Shown in pieces: positions 1 to 11,480 of a stretch of 64,000 nt of DNA. Below the pieces are notes generated by a model. That model saw only the letters and a program-made list of their open reading frames with translations. It searched no databases and was not told the origin of the DNA. The stretch is taken from the NCBI GenBank assembly GCA_964016885.1, contig OZ024744.1:61628001-61692000 (forward strand). The letters are read 5' to 3'. Positions within the stretch are counted from its first letter, which is position 1; each line of letters begins with the position of its first letter. Origin of the DNA: Eledone cirrhosa. Taxonomy: Eukaryota. Position numbers and translations under genes: made by a program.

Positions 1-249
1 TGCAGCTATATACAACATATAAGATGGTGAACTGGGATGTAAGCTTGTATTAATATTTCGTTCACGTGGATGTTGTCGTCATCAAAACTATCGATCATCC
101 GACACAATGATGACCCACCACTTCTGATGTCAAACATACTTAAAAGATTGCGTCATCTTATAAGCATGCCGCCTGTAATAACACTGCTACTGATGTTACT
201 TGCTGCAGTAGTAATATCAGTAGTAGTGAAACTACACCGTTCATTTCTC

Positions 250-605
250 TCTACTCTGTACTCTTTATAGTATCAGGATTAAATTAGTTTCTTTCTCTAT
301 CCTACGTGTACTCTTTACAGTATTATAGTTGAATTAGTTTCTTTCTCTATCTTCTCTGTACTCTTTACAGTATTATAGTTTATTTCTCTATCTACTCTGT
401 ACTCTTTACAGTATCATGATTAAATTAGTTTCTTTCTCTATCCTACGTGTACTCTTTACAGTATTATAGTTGAATTAGCTTCTCTCTTTATCTTATGTGT
501 ACTCTTTACAGTATTATAGATGAATTGGCTTCTTTTTTATGTTCTGTACTCTTTATAGTATCAGGGTTGAATTAGTTTCTCTCTATCTTCTGTACTCTTT
601 ATAGT
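250..605. repeat. ~50-bp minisatellite, ~7-8 degenerate copies
   Basis: TGTACTCTTT recurs at about 257, 307, 357, 398, 448, 498, 545 and 591; consensus tgtactctttacagtattatagttgaattagtttctttctctatcctacg. Confidence 0.9.
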
Positions 606-1066
606 AGCAGAGCAGTCTTCGCATGAATTACATCTCTTGTACACCTATTTATCTTTCTTTCCTTCATTTTTATGTAGATTTAATATTTTAGTTTAAAGTG
701 ACACACTAAAGCTAAGCTGCTAAATATAAAATTCTGACTATTTCAGTTGATTAAGGATTAAAATATATATATTTGGATACACGTTTTTGAAATACATAGT
801 AATTGAGTATTTTTTTTTAACTGTTTAGTATCAATCATACCCATTTGAGCTGTATGATGTTACTAATCTTTCATTTAAGTTTTGAATTCTGAGACCGATT
901 TTTAGGGGTAAATTTCAAGCACTTTCTGAAGCATGAAATATCACTATTCCTTTGTTTTAAAGGACTTAATTTGACAACATAGTTAACAGCATTCAACTAT
1001 CTTCTTTATCTTCATAATCTAACAGTAATTGTAGATATTGTTTTTAAATGCCTAATCCAACCAGAC

Positions 1067-1317
1067 CAGTGGGTTCCAACCCAGAGTCCATAAAGGTTGC
1101 ACTGGACGCCTGTGAACTACGTCCAAAATTTCAAGTACTTGCTATAAACATAATATACACACATTGAGTATCGCTTCTCCTCTAATTAAGAATCAATATT
1201 TCTTTTTCTAATGTTGTTATCACTGTATAATAATATGAGATGGGATTAAATGTGAAGTGGTGAAAAAATCACTTAAATGAAAGGGATCATTGGCAGAGAA
1301 AAGGTTGGGAACCACTG
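1067..1317. mobile_element. Non-autonomous hAT (Charlie-like) MITE
   Basis: Imperfect 15-bp TIRs cagtgggttccaacc / ggttgggaaccactg; degenerate 8-bp flanks aaccagac / acctagtc; AT-rich non-coding interior. Confidence 0.65.
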
Positions 1318-1905
1318 ACCTAGTCCAACTAGTTTTCTTTTCTTTTGTTTTTTTAATGCCTAGTTCAACAATTCTTCCTGTTGTTTATATTTATAACGTA
1401 GCTTATATCCAAAAAAGTATTTTAAATGTTTGCATGATATAATTACTCGAACCTATGATAATATCTAGAATATCCCTCTAATTAGTTACTAAAATAATTG
1501 CATCGCTTTTATTTATAAAGTTTATTAACTCGGGTAAAAATATATTTAGAAGAACACTTCCAAACAATATGTCCGGCGTCACACGTATGTTAACGCGTGT
1601 GGCAATTTTATGTATCGATGCATTCTGGGATTTAAAAAAATTAATTTCTATCGATTTGATTCTTTTCTAAATGACATTCATTATATATATTGTTTATATG
1701 TAGATGTAAAAATAAACAATTCTGTGTTATATCAGTGTTTCATGTCCTCAGCAGACAAATTTGCGAATGGCGAAATGAGACATTCCATCTCGCAGTCGTC
1801 ATTCGCACGGATGCCTACCTATCTCAAGGTGGTCTAGGAACAAAGAACACCACTGCTATGGGCTTGACAGGAAACATACAGGAGAGCAACCAGTATTTTG
1901 TCAGC

Positions 1906-2020
1906 GTACGATCCTCAGCTTGTCGAATGGGGACGAGTCGAAGCATGGATGTAACTGTGATTTCATTAGGTTGCCGTCAGAAAAATATTGCTGCAGATTG
2001 ATCAGAGATTTACGCCCTTA
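1906..2020. repeat. Unclassified ~115-bp dispersed repeat, copy 1 (copy 2 at 2473-2587)
   Basis: tacgatcctcagc...gtcgaagc...taggttgccgtcag...gctgcagat...agagatttacgccctta occurs twice in direct orientation; each copy ends at a TA/CA tract. Confidence 0.75.
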
Positions 2021-2577
2021 TATTCTCCTCACTACTATTAACCCTATAGAAATTATGCGATGTAATTCTTTTCAGAATAAAATGAATTCTTTTCATCCGG
2101 CATAAAGAAATGAAAATAGACAATCATTAATTAAATTTGTTTCTTAAAATTCAGCTCTGTTGTGTTTTAATATTCTAAACTCCAAACAAATCTTAATGTA
2201 GATGCAAAACCCAGTAATGTTTCAAAATGTAATAATTTTAAATATAACTTTTAAAACTGGGATCTCTTGTTTCGCCCTTTCACTGTTCTAAATTACAAAT
2301 GGAAGAAATATGCTTTTATTTCAACGCTTTCACTCAATTTGTTTCTAACCCACCATATATATATATGGAGGGAAGACCGGTATGCTGGTTTTCCACAACT
2401 TTGCCTGAACTTGAACATCGAAGGAGAATTTTCTAGGTGCAAAAATCTCTTGGTCATTATGATATATATATATACGATCCTCAGCCGGTCGAAAGGCGAC
2501 AAGTCGAAGCCTGGATCTGACTGTGATATCACTAGGTTGCCGTCAGGAAAAAATCGCTGCAGATCGATTAGAGATTT

Positions 2578-3040
2578 ACGCCCTTACACACACACATATG
2601 TAAGGGCGTATATACATATATATATACTAGCAAAAGAGCCCGTCGTTGCTGGGCACACCTTTCGCCATTGTAAATAAAGACCCCCACCCCTCTCTCATCA
2701 TGGCCGTCTTTAAATAGTGGGGAGCAGGATTTAAACTATATGTTGACATGCTCCGGGAGCCTGCATACAGAGATATTTGCGTTTATATATATATATATAA
2801 ACGCAAATATCTCTGTATGCAGGCTCCCGATAAACGCAAATATCTCTGTATGCAGGCTCCCGGAGCATGTCAACAAATAGTTTAAATCCTGCTCCCCACT
2901 ATTTAAAGACGGCCATGATGAGAGAGGGGTGGGGGTCTTTATTTACAATGGCGAAAGGTGTGCCCAGCAAACACAGGCTCTTTTGCTAGTATATATATAT
3001 ATATGTATATACGCCCTTACATATGTGTGTGTAAGGCCGT
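2578..3040. repeat. Long inverted duplication (~215-bp arms) centred on (TA)n, with a ~31-bp tandem re-copy on the right arm
   Basis: 2578-2790 is the reverse complement of the right arm, including the flanking microsatellite; taaacgcaaatatctctgtatgcaggctccc is written twice at ~2797 and ~2831. Confidence 0.95.
2626..2785 (-). mobile_element. Short non-autonomous Helitron-like element (mirror copy on + strand at ~2830-2990)
   Basis: On the minus strand it ends gcccagcaacgacgggc (hairpin) + tcttttg + CTAG|T, the typical Helitron 3' signature; the 5' end is buried in (TA)n and no TC terminus is visible. Confidence 0.55.
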
Positions 3041-3064
3041 ATATATATATATATATGTAGGAAA

Positions 3065-3172
3065 AAGTATGACCCCGACGGCAGAGCTCAAGCCGTTTCG
3101 ACGGCTATTTCTGGACTAAATTAGAATTTTTAGCCTGGTGAATAAATAGCCGAACTTGTCAAGGGGGTACTT
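3065..3172 (-). ncRNA. Type I hammerhead ribozyme, U3-A8 core variant, in the PLE 3' pseudo-LTR
   Basis: Minus strand reads aagtaccccc-UUGACAA-gttcggctattt...aaatagccgtc-GAAA-cggc(ttgagctct)gccg-UC-ggggtcatactt; stems I, II and III all pair; GUC cleavage triplet. Confidence 0.8.
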
Positions 3173-3852
3173 CCTTATATGGGAAGATTGTAGTTGTCAA
3201 GAGGATTGGTTAAAATTTGTTGTAAACACAAATAAGTCTATCATGGCATTTGGTGGGAGGTAGGGGTGGCTGAACTTGCCTGTAGAACAATAGGGGTGTG
3301 AGTGGAGCGGTCAAGCATTGAAAGTGATATGTATACAGCAGAATCTAAGGATAGTGTATGAAGTGGGGGAGGGAGGTTATAGAATAGGTAAATCGAATGA
3401 GAGTAGGAGACAATAAAAGATAATCGAAAAAAAAAAAATATATATAGTGAGAAATGAATAAAAAAAAATCACAATGCTATCTTACAATTACAGGTTAATA
3501 AGTTGAGAATAGAAAAAAACTTGTAGAAATTGAGTAGTACCAGAACAGATACAAAATTAAAGGGGTTTAACACGTCTGCTATAAATAGTTAGTAAAACGT
3601 ATTCGGCCAATTCTATTTTAAAATTACAGGGGTGGGGGAAACGATGCTACAGAGGCCCGATGGGCTGCATCGGGGTAGGCGAAAGGGGAAAAGCAGACGA
3701 GGAAGAAAATAGGGGGTGGAAGGAAGTGATAGGATGAGACAGAGGCAAGAAGACAAAGAGGAAAAGAAAAGAAAAGAGATACATCTACCTAAGTAAGCTG
3801 GGGTTTCCCCTAACTTATTCGGCAAGTGGGGGGGGGGGGTATCAGCCCTTGT

Positions 3853-5915
3853 CTACCCACCCGGGTCGTTATGGGGTTTGAGGGCGAGGTAAGTCCTACG
3901 CAATCTGTGTTTGCATGCGGTTACCAGTTCGTCTTTCTTGTTTAGGAGTTGGTCCTTCGAAAACAGCATTTGTAATGTTTCCTCCGAGCATAAGTTATAC
4001 GGACGGCATCCTCCCGTGTAAGAGTTAGCTCTGGACAGTAAGCTCCAAGTGAGATTGTAGGTTATATTATTATCTTGGAGGTCCCAGATGTGGCCCGAAA
4101 GTGTAGTGGCATGTCGCCGGACCGGGTTTCGGAAAGCATGTTGGTGTAGGTAGAGCCGGGTCTTGAAGTTACATGCGGTTAATCCTATATAAGCTTTGTT
4201 GGAGGTGTCCGTCCTCACGTTGCACTGGTAGATCACATTACGTTCTCGGCATTTGTTGTTGAGGGCGCACGTAGATCTATCAAGGCAGTTACACCTCCTG
4301 GTCGGCTCTCCATTGATGTCTAGTTTATTTCTTCCATAGGGGTTGAGTTTTTTGTTGTTTGAGGAGACGATGTTTTGTGCGAAGTTAGGTGTGGTGCTAT
4401 AGGAGAGTTTGATGGTGTTTTTGTTGATTATGTTGTGGTAGAGGTGTTGTAGTGGGAAGTGTTTTTCGAGGAGTCTAAAGAAGATTTTCCCGATAGGTGT
4501 TGCCACCTCGGCATTATGGGGAGGATTGAACCACGTTATGCTGTGTGAGCGGCGGTGTCGCCTGCTGGTTCCGCTAAGGGAAACTGGATAAAAAGATATT
4601 TCCTCCCGGAAGCCACTCTGCTTGAAGGCCTGGTTGTAATGAGGTGCGTGTTCGTCGAATATCTGCTCATTAGCGGAGGGAGATGTTTTTAACCAGGTTA
4701 TTGGTGTTGTTTCTAGGATGGTTAGAGCGGCAGTGGATGTAGTGCAGGTTGTCGTTTGGTTTCCTGTATGGGTAGTACAGATAATTTTCGAGGTTAAGGG
4801 TAACATCCAGGAGATTGACTCGGGTTAGGCACATTTGTAGAGTGATTTTAAATCCCCAGTCCCGGAAGAAGTTGATTAGTTGTTTACGGACCCGGTCTGT
4901 ACTACTGGGGTTGTACCCTTTGAGGGTGAGGAGCCCATCATCCCGGTACAATCCACCGCCGAATGCAGGAAACATTTTGGTGAGTTTAAATAGTAGGAAT
5001 AATCCTATAAGATCTGTGACCTTGGCCGAATCCGTCGTGCCCATACTGACGTCGAAGGGGGAGTCGGGAGCTCTCTTTATCCACTTCGAGTTGTCGAAAA
5101 GTAGGACTGTCTTCCTGCTGTGGAGAATGATATTTCTTTCCTGATGGGTGTGAGTGTTTCGGCAAAGTCTAAGGCGGCCGTAAGTAGCGGTAAGGTAACT
5201 CTCCATGTTAAACTGGATGAATTTTGTGTCTCATTTGTCCTCCATATTCCTGAACCATGAGATTACTTCCTGGGTGCTGACCCATAGGCTAAGTCTCACG
5301 TTTTGCTTAACTTTTGGTATAACTCGGTCTAGGATCTTTTTACTGATTCTCCCTATGTCCGACTTCATTGGGTTTATAAGCCTAATGGATGGTTTGCGGT
5401 CGAAGTCGAATTTCTGGTCCTTCAGTGTGAAGTAGGGAGTCCGTGGGTCTAGGGGTTCAGTGCGGTCGGCGACCCCGAGGCTGGGGGTAATTTGTTGTCC
5501 ATCTCGATTTATGTCCTCGATAATTGAATGGTTAGCCTTTTTATAGGTGGAGTTTAGGCTGCTCCTGATCAGTGTGTTGTATCTGTCAGGGTTGACGAAG
5601 TACAGGTTTCCAGTTTTGTCCGAGTGCACCATGATGTCGTTGGTGTTTTCATACTCTGTTATTTTGCTATGGAGTTGTTGTAGGAATCTGTTGTGTCTGG
5701 GTTTGAATTTAAGGCTCTTGACCAGGTGGAAAAGGTCGTTCTCGAAGGGTGAGAGCATAGGGTTTGGATTGGGAGATTTGTAGGTATTGAATCCGAATCT
5801 CTCCTTGGTGTCGAAGTCCTGATTGTCGCGGTATATATCATAGAAAAAAGTTCTCCATCTTAGTCTTTTCGCAAAAAGGTCGATTTTTTGCGTGAGCATT
5901 CGAAGGTAAAGTTTT
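3853..5915 (-). pseudogene. PLE reverse transcriptase + GIY-YIG endonuclease ORF, frameshifted and 5' truncated
   Basis: ORF pieces 5231-5929, 4670-5206 and 3853-4806: SDKTGN, RLINP, FDVSMGTTDS, GLYRDDGL, LLDVTL, WFNPP, CNC...C...C, VIYQC...YIGLT...FKTR, LLNKKDE..CKH. Confidence 0.9.
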
Positions 5916-6114
5916 CTCCTCCACTTCATACACTATCCTTAGAATCTGCTGTATACATATCACTTTCAATGCTTGACCGCTCCACTCACACCCCTATTGT
6001 TCTACAGGGAAGTTCAGTCACCCCTACCTCCCACCAAATGCCATGATAGACTTATTTGTGTTTACAACAAATTTTAACCAATCCTCTTGACAACTACAAT
6101 CTTCCCATATAAGG

Positions 6115-6221
6115 AAGTACCCCCTTGACAAGTTCGGCTATTTATTCACCAGGCTAAAAATTCTAATTTAGTCCAGAAATAGCTGTCGAACGGCTTGAGC
6201 TCTGCCGTCGGGGTCATACTT
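6115..6221 (+). ncRNA. Hammerhead copy in the inverted pseudo-LTR, probably inactive
   Basis: Same fold as 3065-3172 but reads gtcGAAcggc (one core A missing) and has a C>T change in stem II. Confidence 0.65.
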
Positions 6222-6509
6222 TTTCCTATTTCCCACTCTACTATCCTAAGTAATGAGTACTCTGGTGCATTATGGTCCATCTGATTCCTTACCACAATTC
6301 CTTTGTTATATATATATATATCCCTTATATATACACATAGGGAAATTATTTGCACCTAGAAAATTCTCCTTCCAGGTACAAGATTGTGGAAGACTAGCAA
6401 ACCGGTCTTCCCTCTCCACCGATGTTATAGGGAAAAGCAATGGCCGATACAGCTTGGCACCATTGACGTCGAATAAACTGAAGTAACCTGAAAATAAAAT
6501 GTAGACACA

Positions 6510-6585
6510 AAACGGTCTGAGAATCGAACTAACAACCTCACGATTGCAAGCTCTAAGGCTTAGAGTTTAAGCCATATGCTTTCAC
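6510..6585 (-). mobile_element. tRNA-derived SINE head fragment
   Basis: Minus strand gcatatggctta...agttcgattctc has A-box/B-box-like motifs; related to 14520-14587, 17030-17095 and 61195-61250. Confidence 0.6.
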
Positions 6586-6639
6586 ACACACATATGTACA
6601 CATTATATATATATGGGATCTATTTCTCTTAATGTTTTG

Positions 6640-6970
6640 ATGTGATGTTAAATAGAGCGGGATCAGTTGCGGTGAAATAATTGTGCCGTAATGTTATGAG
6701 ATGTGAGCTTGAATTTTTTGGGCGAATAGTACTGGGCCCAAGCCTTAAGTGTATTTTGGAGATGATGCCAACATCATTTGGGCAATGTTGATGGAATATT
6801 TTCCACACCAGATAATCTAGCGCTCACGGCGATGTTTAAGCTTTTCTAGTCAACCCTAATAGCCAAGGCCTGCCATGCCGTCTATCTTAATACTTTTTTT
6901 CGTGTGAGGAGACCAGAGTAGACAGTATTCAAGGTGGGGTTGGGCAAAAGTAGAGAAGAGAATGGTTGGT
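6640..6970 (-). mobile_element. CR1/L2-like LINE ORF2 3' fragment
   Basis: Minus-strand peptide LFSTFAQPHLEYCLLWSPHTKK resembles the CR1 post-RT motif RPHLEY...WSP. Confidence 0.55.
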
Positions 6971-7004
6971 GTGGATATATATATATATATAGAGAGAGAA
7001 AGAG

Positions 7005-7040
<36 letters not shown>

Positions 7041-7949
7041 TATGTGTATGTGTACATAATCTATACATATATATTATTCTGTCTATATATAGATTCTTGA
7101 AAGATGTAAGATTGTAGCTGAACTCCGTAAGTTCCTAAATATAGTAAAACACATCAGTAAACATAACCATGAAATGATCATAAAACACGTGGTTATTATC
7201 GATTTTTTACTACCTACACTGCTCTCATTTGTAAGTGGACAGCTGTTTTGATGACGTATCTAGTTACCAACCAATAGAAATTCTATGTATTGCAGCAATG
7301 CAACTAAATATTGATTATGCAGTTATTGACGTCAGCACTGAAAGTTGGAATAATTACGAGCCATTTGCTTTGTTAGTTTTTACTTGGCTCAACCAATGAA
7401 GATTCCATGAGAGAAAATTTTAGTTTCATTTTCAACTCTTAACTTTCTTCTCCAATAGCTCATGCATTGCCAGATTTTTTTAAAATTCACAGTTGTATAA
7501 ATAACATTACAAATTGTTCACATTTCTTTCAGAATAAAAATATAAACACATATAACAAATACAATTAACTATTGCTAGGAACCCCACAAATACAACATAC
7601 CAAACGAAAATAAAAATGACCATCAATTCACCACCAAATATGACTATCGGTAAATCATAAGGGTCAATGGAAATTTTTGAGGCAAGCCAATATTCTTGCA
7701 GCATTACTGTGAGTGATGGCAAAGCTAAGGCACTGAAACAGCCAGACACCCTTGGTAAGGTGAGCTGCCAACGATGACAAGAACTGCGCTGTCAGCAGCC
7801 TGACTCCATCAAATGTCTCAAATGCCACAAATTGGAAAAATAATTATTTGATGGTTACGGGTATTTTGGGATTTTATTCTGTTCGGCAACAGAAGCAATG
7901 ACCCTCACATTTACCGTGGCATCTATGATGTAGGAGGGAGCAAAAGAGT

Positions 7950-8290
7950 CAATGATGTTTCAGATGAGACACCTGCCTCTAACCCTGGGACAAAGGGCAA
8001 GGCCATCTGCTCTTTTGGATAATCCAGTCAGCTCCAGAACTGAGAGGATATTTACCCAAGCTAGGGCCTACTTAATGATCTGGTTTAGCTTGATGTCCTG
8101 GGCGAAACGACCAGCATTCAGGCGGCAAAACAAACCATGGAGGCCTGTGGAGTCGAGGGACCTCTTACAGTGACATCTAAGACCCCCACAGACATTGGTT
8201 CTCATACAGAGTGCAATAGAGATGCAGAGCTCCTTTAGACTGAGAAAACCACCAACGTTGGCCATAGGTAGGATTGTCCCATACTCTCTG
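7950..8290 (-). mobile_element. CRE-like (RLE-type) non-LTR retrotransposon fragment
   Basis: CHCKRSLDSTGLHGLFC...GRF...LNQII and KRADGLALCP; homologous to 62557-63120. Confidence 0.8.
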
Positions 8291-8934
8291 CTTCCGTCTA
8301 TCCTCATCAGGGAACTAACAAACCCAGCTCTCTCAACTCTAGTAAAACTATACATATATAAATTAGCATTGGGCCCTAGACATGGTGCTCCCATGCCCTT
8401 GCACCTGCCATGTGTGCTTCTGAGGTAAAACGGCCCTGTATGCACAATGTTGTCTTAACAGCATTATAGGTCCCTAATCCAAGCAATGCATTGGGGCCCC
8501 TACATACACAACCACAGTATACATGGATTAGCATTGAGTTTCCAGGCAACAGCCCAGAGTGCTCATGCCATATCTGTGTAGCATATGCTATAGGCGCCAC
8601 ATATTTAGGAAGCCTGCACTAATGCATTATGGTACTTGCACCACTTTTAATTTTTTATGAATAACAGAGTATTTAAGGTTGAATATTTTGCAGTTTGTTG
8701 GTATATTTTGTAATTGTTTTTTAAATGATTGTGACAAAGGCTATGCTGGAGCGCCACATCTTGCTGAATGTTCTTTGTCTTTATCATGTCCGTATTTTAG
8801 GCATCCAATATTTCTTTCAATTTGTTGTATTGAGTATTTTGGATTATTGAAGGCTAATTTACTCTGGTTGTTTTCTTTTTCAGATATTTGGTTAACCCAG
8901 GATGCTTGAAAGAAATAGATCTGAATGGCGAAGA

Positions 8935-9500
8935 TCAGTGGGAAGAATTGTTGTCCTGTTCCATGTGGTGGCACACCCTGAGGTGGCTGTAGAGGCCAAT
9001 CCTGGATCCACAGGCTCTGGTACAGTTGGGGAAAGTGTGTACTAGGTCAGTTGATGGTTGGGTGGCGGACAGCTTTCTTCTTTGATGTTTGTCTTCAGCT
9101 GCCAACTTCCTGCCCTCCTCAAAACTGGCTGCAACTGTTTTGATGGTCTCTCTCTCTATTTCCCTCTGGCTTCTGCCAGGTGTTCCCTGTGATCAATATT
9201 GGCTTGGACCAGCTGGCACTTAAGTTGGTCCTTGAAGCGTTTTTGGAGGGCCTCTTGGTTTTGATTGCCTTGATATAGTTTGCTGTAGAAAACTGCCTTT
9301 GGCATCCTAGAGTCATTCATGTGCGAGACATGACCTGCCCAGCAGAGCTGTTTCAGCATCGGCATACTCTCAATGCTTTTGATATCAGCCCTCTTGAGAA
9401 CTTCCTCGTTTGTTACATAGTCCTGCCTATGGATGCCCTTGATGGAGCGAAGGCATTGCTGATTGAATATTTCCAGTAGCTTGATCTGCTTCTGGTACTG
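8935..9500 (-). mobile_element. RTE/BovB-like LINE 3' coding fragment
   Basis: FNQQCLRSIKGIHRQDYVTNEEVLKRA...LCWAGHVSHMNDSRMPKAVFYS...KRFKDQLK. Confidence 0.85.
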
Positions 9501-9571
9501 GACCCAGCTCAGGGTTATATAGCTCTTGTAGTCACTACTCTCCTCTACGGAAATGGCTCTAGATAACACTT

Positions 9572-10011
9572 TTAACTCTTTTGATACCAAACTGCCTGAA
9601 ACTGCTCCTGGTTTATGATACAAAAAATGTTTGTTTTAAAGTCTTTATATCTATCTAAAACCCTTCCATCGTAATATTATGTAAGAATATTTTAAAGTTA
9701 ATTTCCAAACACCAGCTTGCTAATAAGAAAGTTAGTGATATTACTAAATTCTTTCAAATTCTTGATTATTTTCAAAATTATTTAAAAGTCATAGGCAGTA
9801 TCTTTCATGAGAAATAGGATAACAATAGGTTTAAAATGTTTATATATATTTAAAATCTTCCATCATAATTTTATGTTAGAACCTTTGTTATATTCCAAAT
9901 ACTGGCTTGATAATGAGAAAGTTAGTTATATGACAATATTCCTCTAAATTTTTCATTATTTAAAACTCATAGGTACTGTCTTTCATTAAAATATGGTAAT
10001 GAAAGGGTTAA
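9572..10011. mobile_element. Degenerate TTAA-flanked MITE-like AT-rich repeat with an internal subrepeat (related pieces ~17945-18200 and ~61900-62170)
   Basis: Ends ttaactcttttgatacc / ggtaatgaaagggttaa; the internal block cttccatc...ttccaaa...gaaagttag occurs twice. Confidence 0.5.
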
Positions 10012-10271
10012 AGGTTTCAGAAGAAACTTTCTCAATTTTTATAAACATTTTTCAAGGCAGGTATATAATTGATTGCCAATTCAAGAGTTTGAGCAAGAAA
10101 ATTGTTTTTATTGGACAATACCTCTTATTTCTTTACTCTTTTATTTCAAGATTAAGAGTAAAGTATTCAATAATTCCAAAGAGTAGAGATTGCTGTAATG
10201 GTAGATTTTAGGTTTTAAGTTATAAAGTTAATATGTATAACCATTTTGATGTCAATATATATATATATATA

Positions 10272-11480
10272 CATCATTATCATTTAACAACCATTTTCCA
10301 TGCTTGCATGGGTTAGACAGGTTGTCACGTTATGAGAAAAGTCAGGTTAGAAGACCACGTCTTGCTCATACAGATTTGTATTTTGGCTTGGTTTCTATGA
10401 CTAAATATCCTTCCTAACACCAACCATGTTACAGTGTGGACAGGCTGCTTTTTATTGTGGCACCAACATGACCATCTAATTGGGTAGATGGGTGCTTTTT
10501 GTTGTGTCACCAGTGCAACTAAGCTACTGGGTGGACTGGGCATATTTTGCTTGTCACAAGCACGACCACCTTACAGGGTGGAATAGAGCTTTAGCATGAC
10601 CACCTTACATGGTGGAATGGGTGCTTTTCTCAAATCACCAGTGTGACTGCTATACAGGGAGGACTGGGAGCCTCTTGACTTATCACTAGCACAACCACCT
10701 TACAAGAATGGATTGCAGGCTGCCTCTTGCTATGTAACCTGTACAACAACCTTACAGGATGGAGTAGGTGCTTTTGTTGTTGAGGCACCAGATCGTCATA
10801 CAGGTTGAACAAAGTGTGTTTTTGACATGGTAGTAGCATTGTGGGATGAGAATAGCAGATTTGGAGTGTGTCCAGCTCTCTATGGTTGTATGCATGGGTT
10901 GAAAAGGTCAGGAGAGGTACCTTAGGAGTGTTGAAGGTGGGGAGGAGAAAAGTATGCTGGTTAAACACGAACAAGGTGAGTGGGATATTTAGTTGGTGAA
11001 GGCAGAGTATTAAGACTGGGAAGAGTGAATGGGGAGGAGTAGGGAGACGATTGGTGTGAGTTAGAGTCGTCTGCATGTTTGTTTCATCCAGTGCATATGG
11101 GAAGGTGAGTCTTCTGCAGTACATCATAACTCTTGCAAAGTCTGCTTTTATCACTTCCTGCCTAGTCTTTCTATGCCTTTCTCTTCCATAGCTTCCATCA
11201 ACTTTGAACACCCTGCATCTTTTTATACAACTGTCATCCTCCATGTACATCATATGTCCATACCACTGCAATCTTCTCACCTGCACACTGTATCTGACCC
11301 TTTTTATGCCCAGTTTCTCTCTCAGTTATTTGACGCTTTGCCAGTCATGTACACTACTATTACACATTCATTGAAGCATGCAAGCTTAATTTTTTTCTAA
11401 TCTTCATAGATCCTCTGGTCACAGGGCCCAGGTCTCAATCCTATGTAGTATTGCTGTTCTCTTGATGGGATGAATTTTGC
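10272..11480 (-). mobile_element. RTE-like LINE 3' end with subrepeated 3' UTR and (GAT)n-type tail
   Basis: RRLQWYGHMMYMEDDSCIKRCRVFKVDGSYGRERHRKT; tail aacccatgcaagcatggaaaatgg...aaatgat shared with other copies in the window. Confidence 0.8.

Larger units (their letters stand above)
3058..6308 (-). mobile_element. Penelope-like retroelement with 3' pseudo-LTR and inverted 5' pseudo-LTR, inserted in (TA)n
   Basis: RT and GIY-YIG coding remnants; 3058-3371 is the reverse complement of 5916-6228; (TA)n on both sides; no TSD visible. Confidence 0.92.

Noticed and set aside
2550-2587. Resemblance of cgctgcagatcgattagagatttacgccctt to the 3' end of LSU rRNA
   Set aside because: The similarity is short and gapped, and the upstream sequence does not follow rRNA.
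5916-5929. ATG start of ORF 5231-5929 as the true PLE start
   Set aside because: It lies in the inverted pLTR fused to the truncated ORF, so it is a junction artefact.
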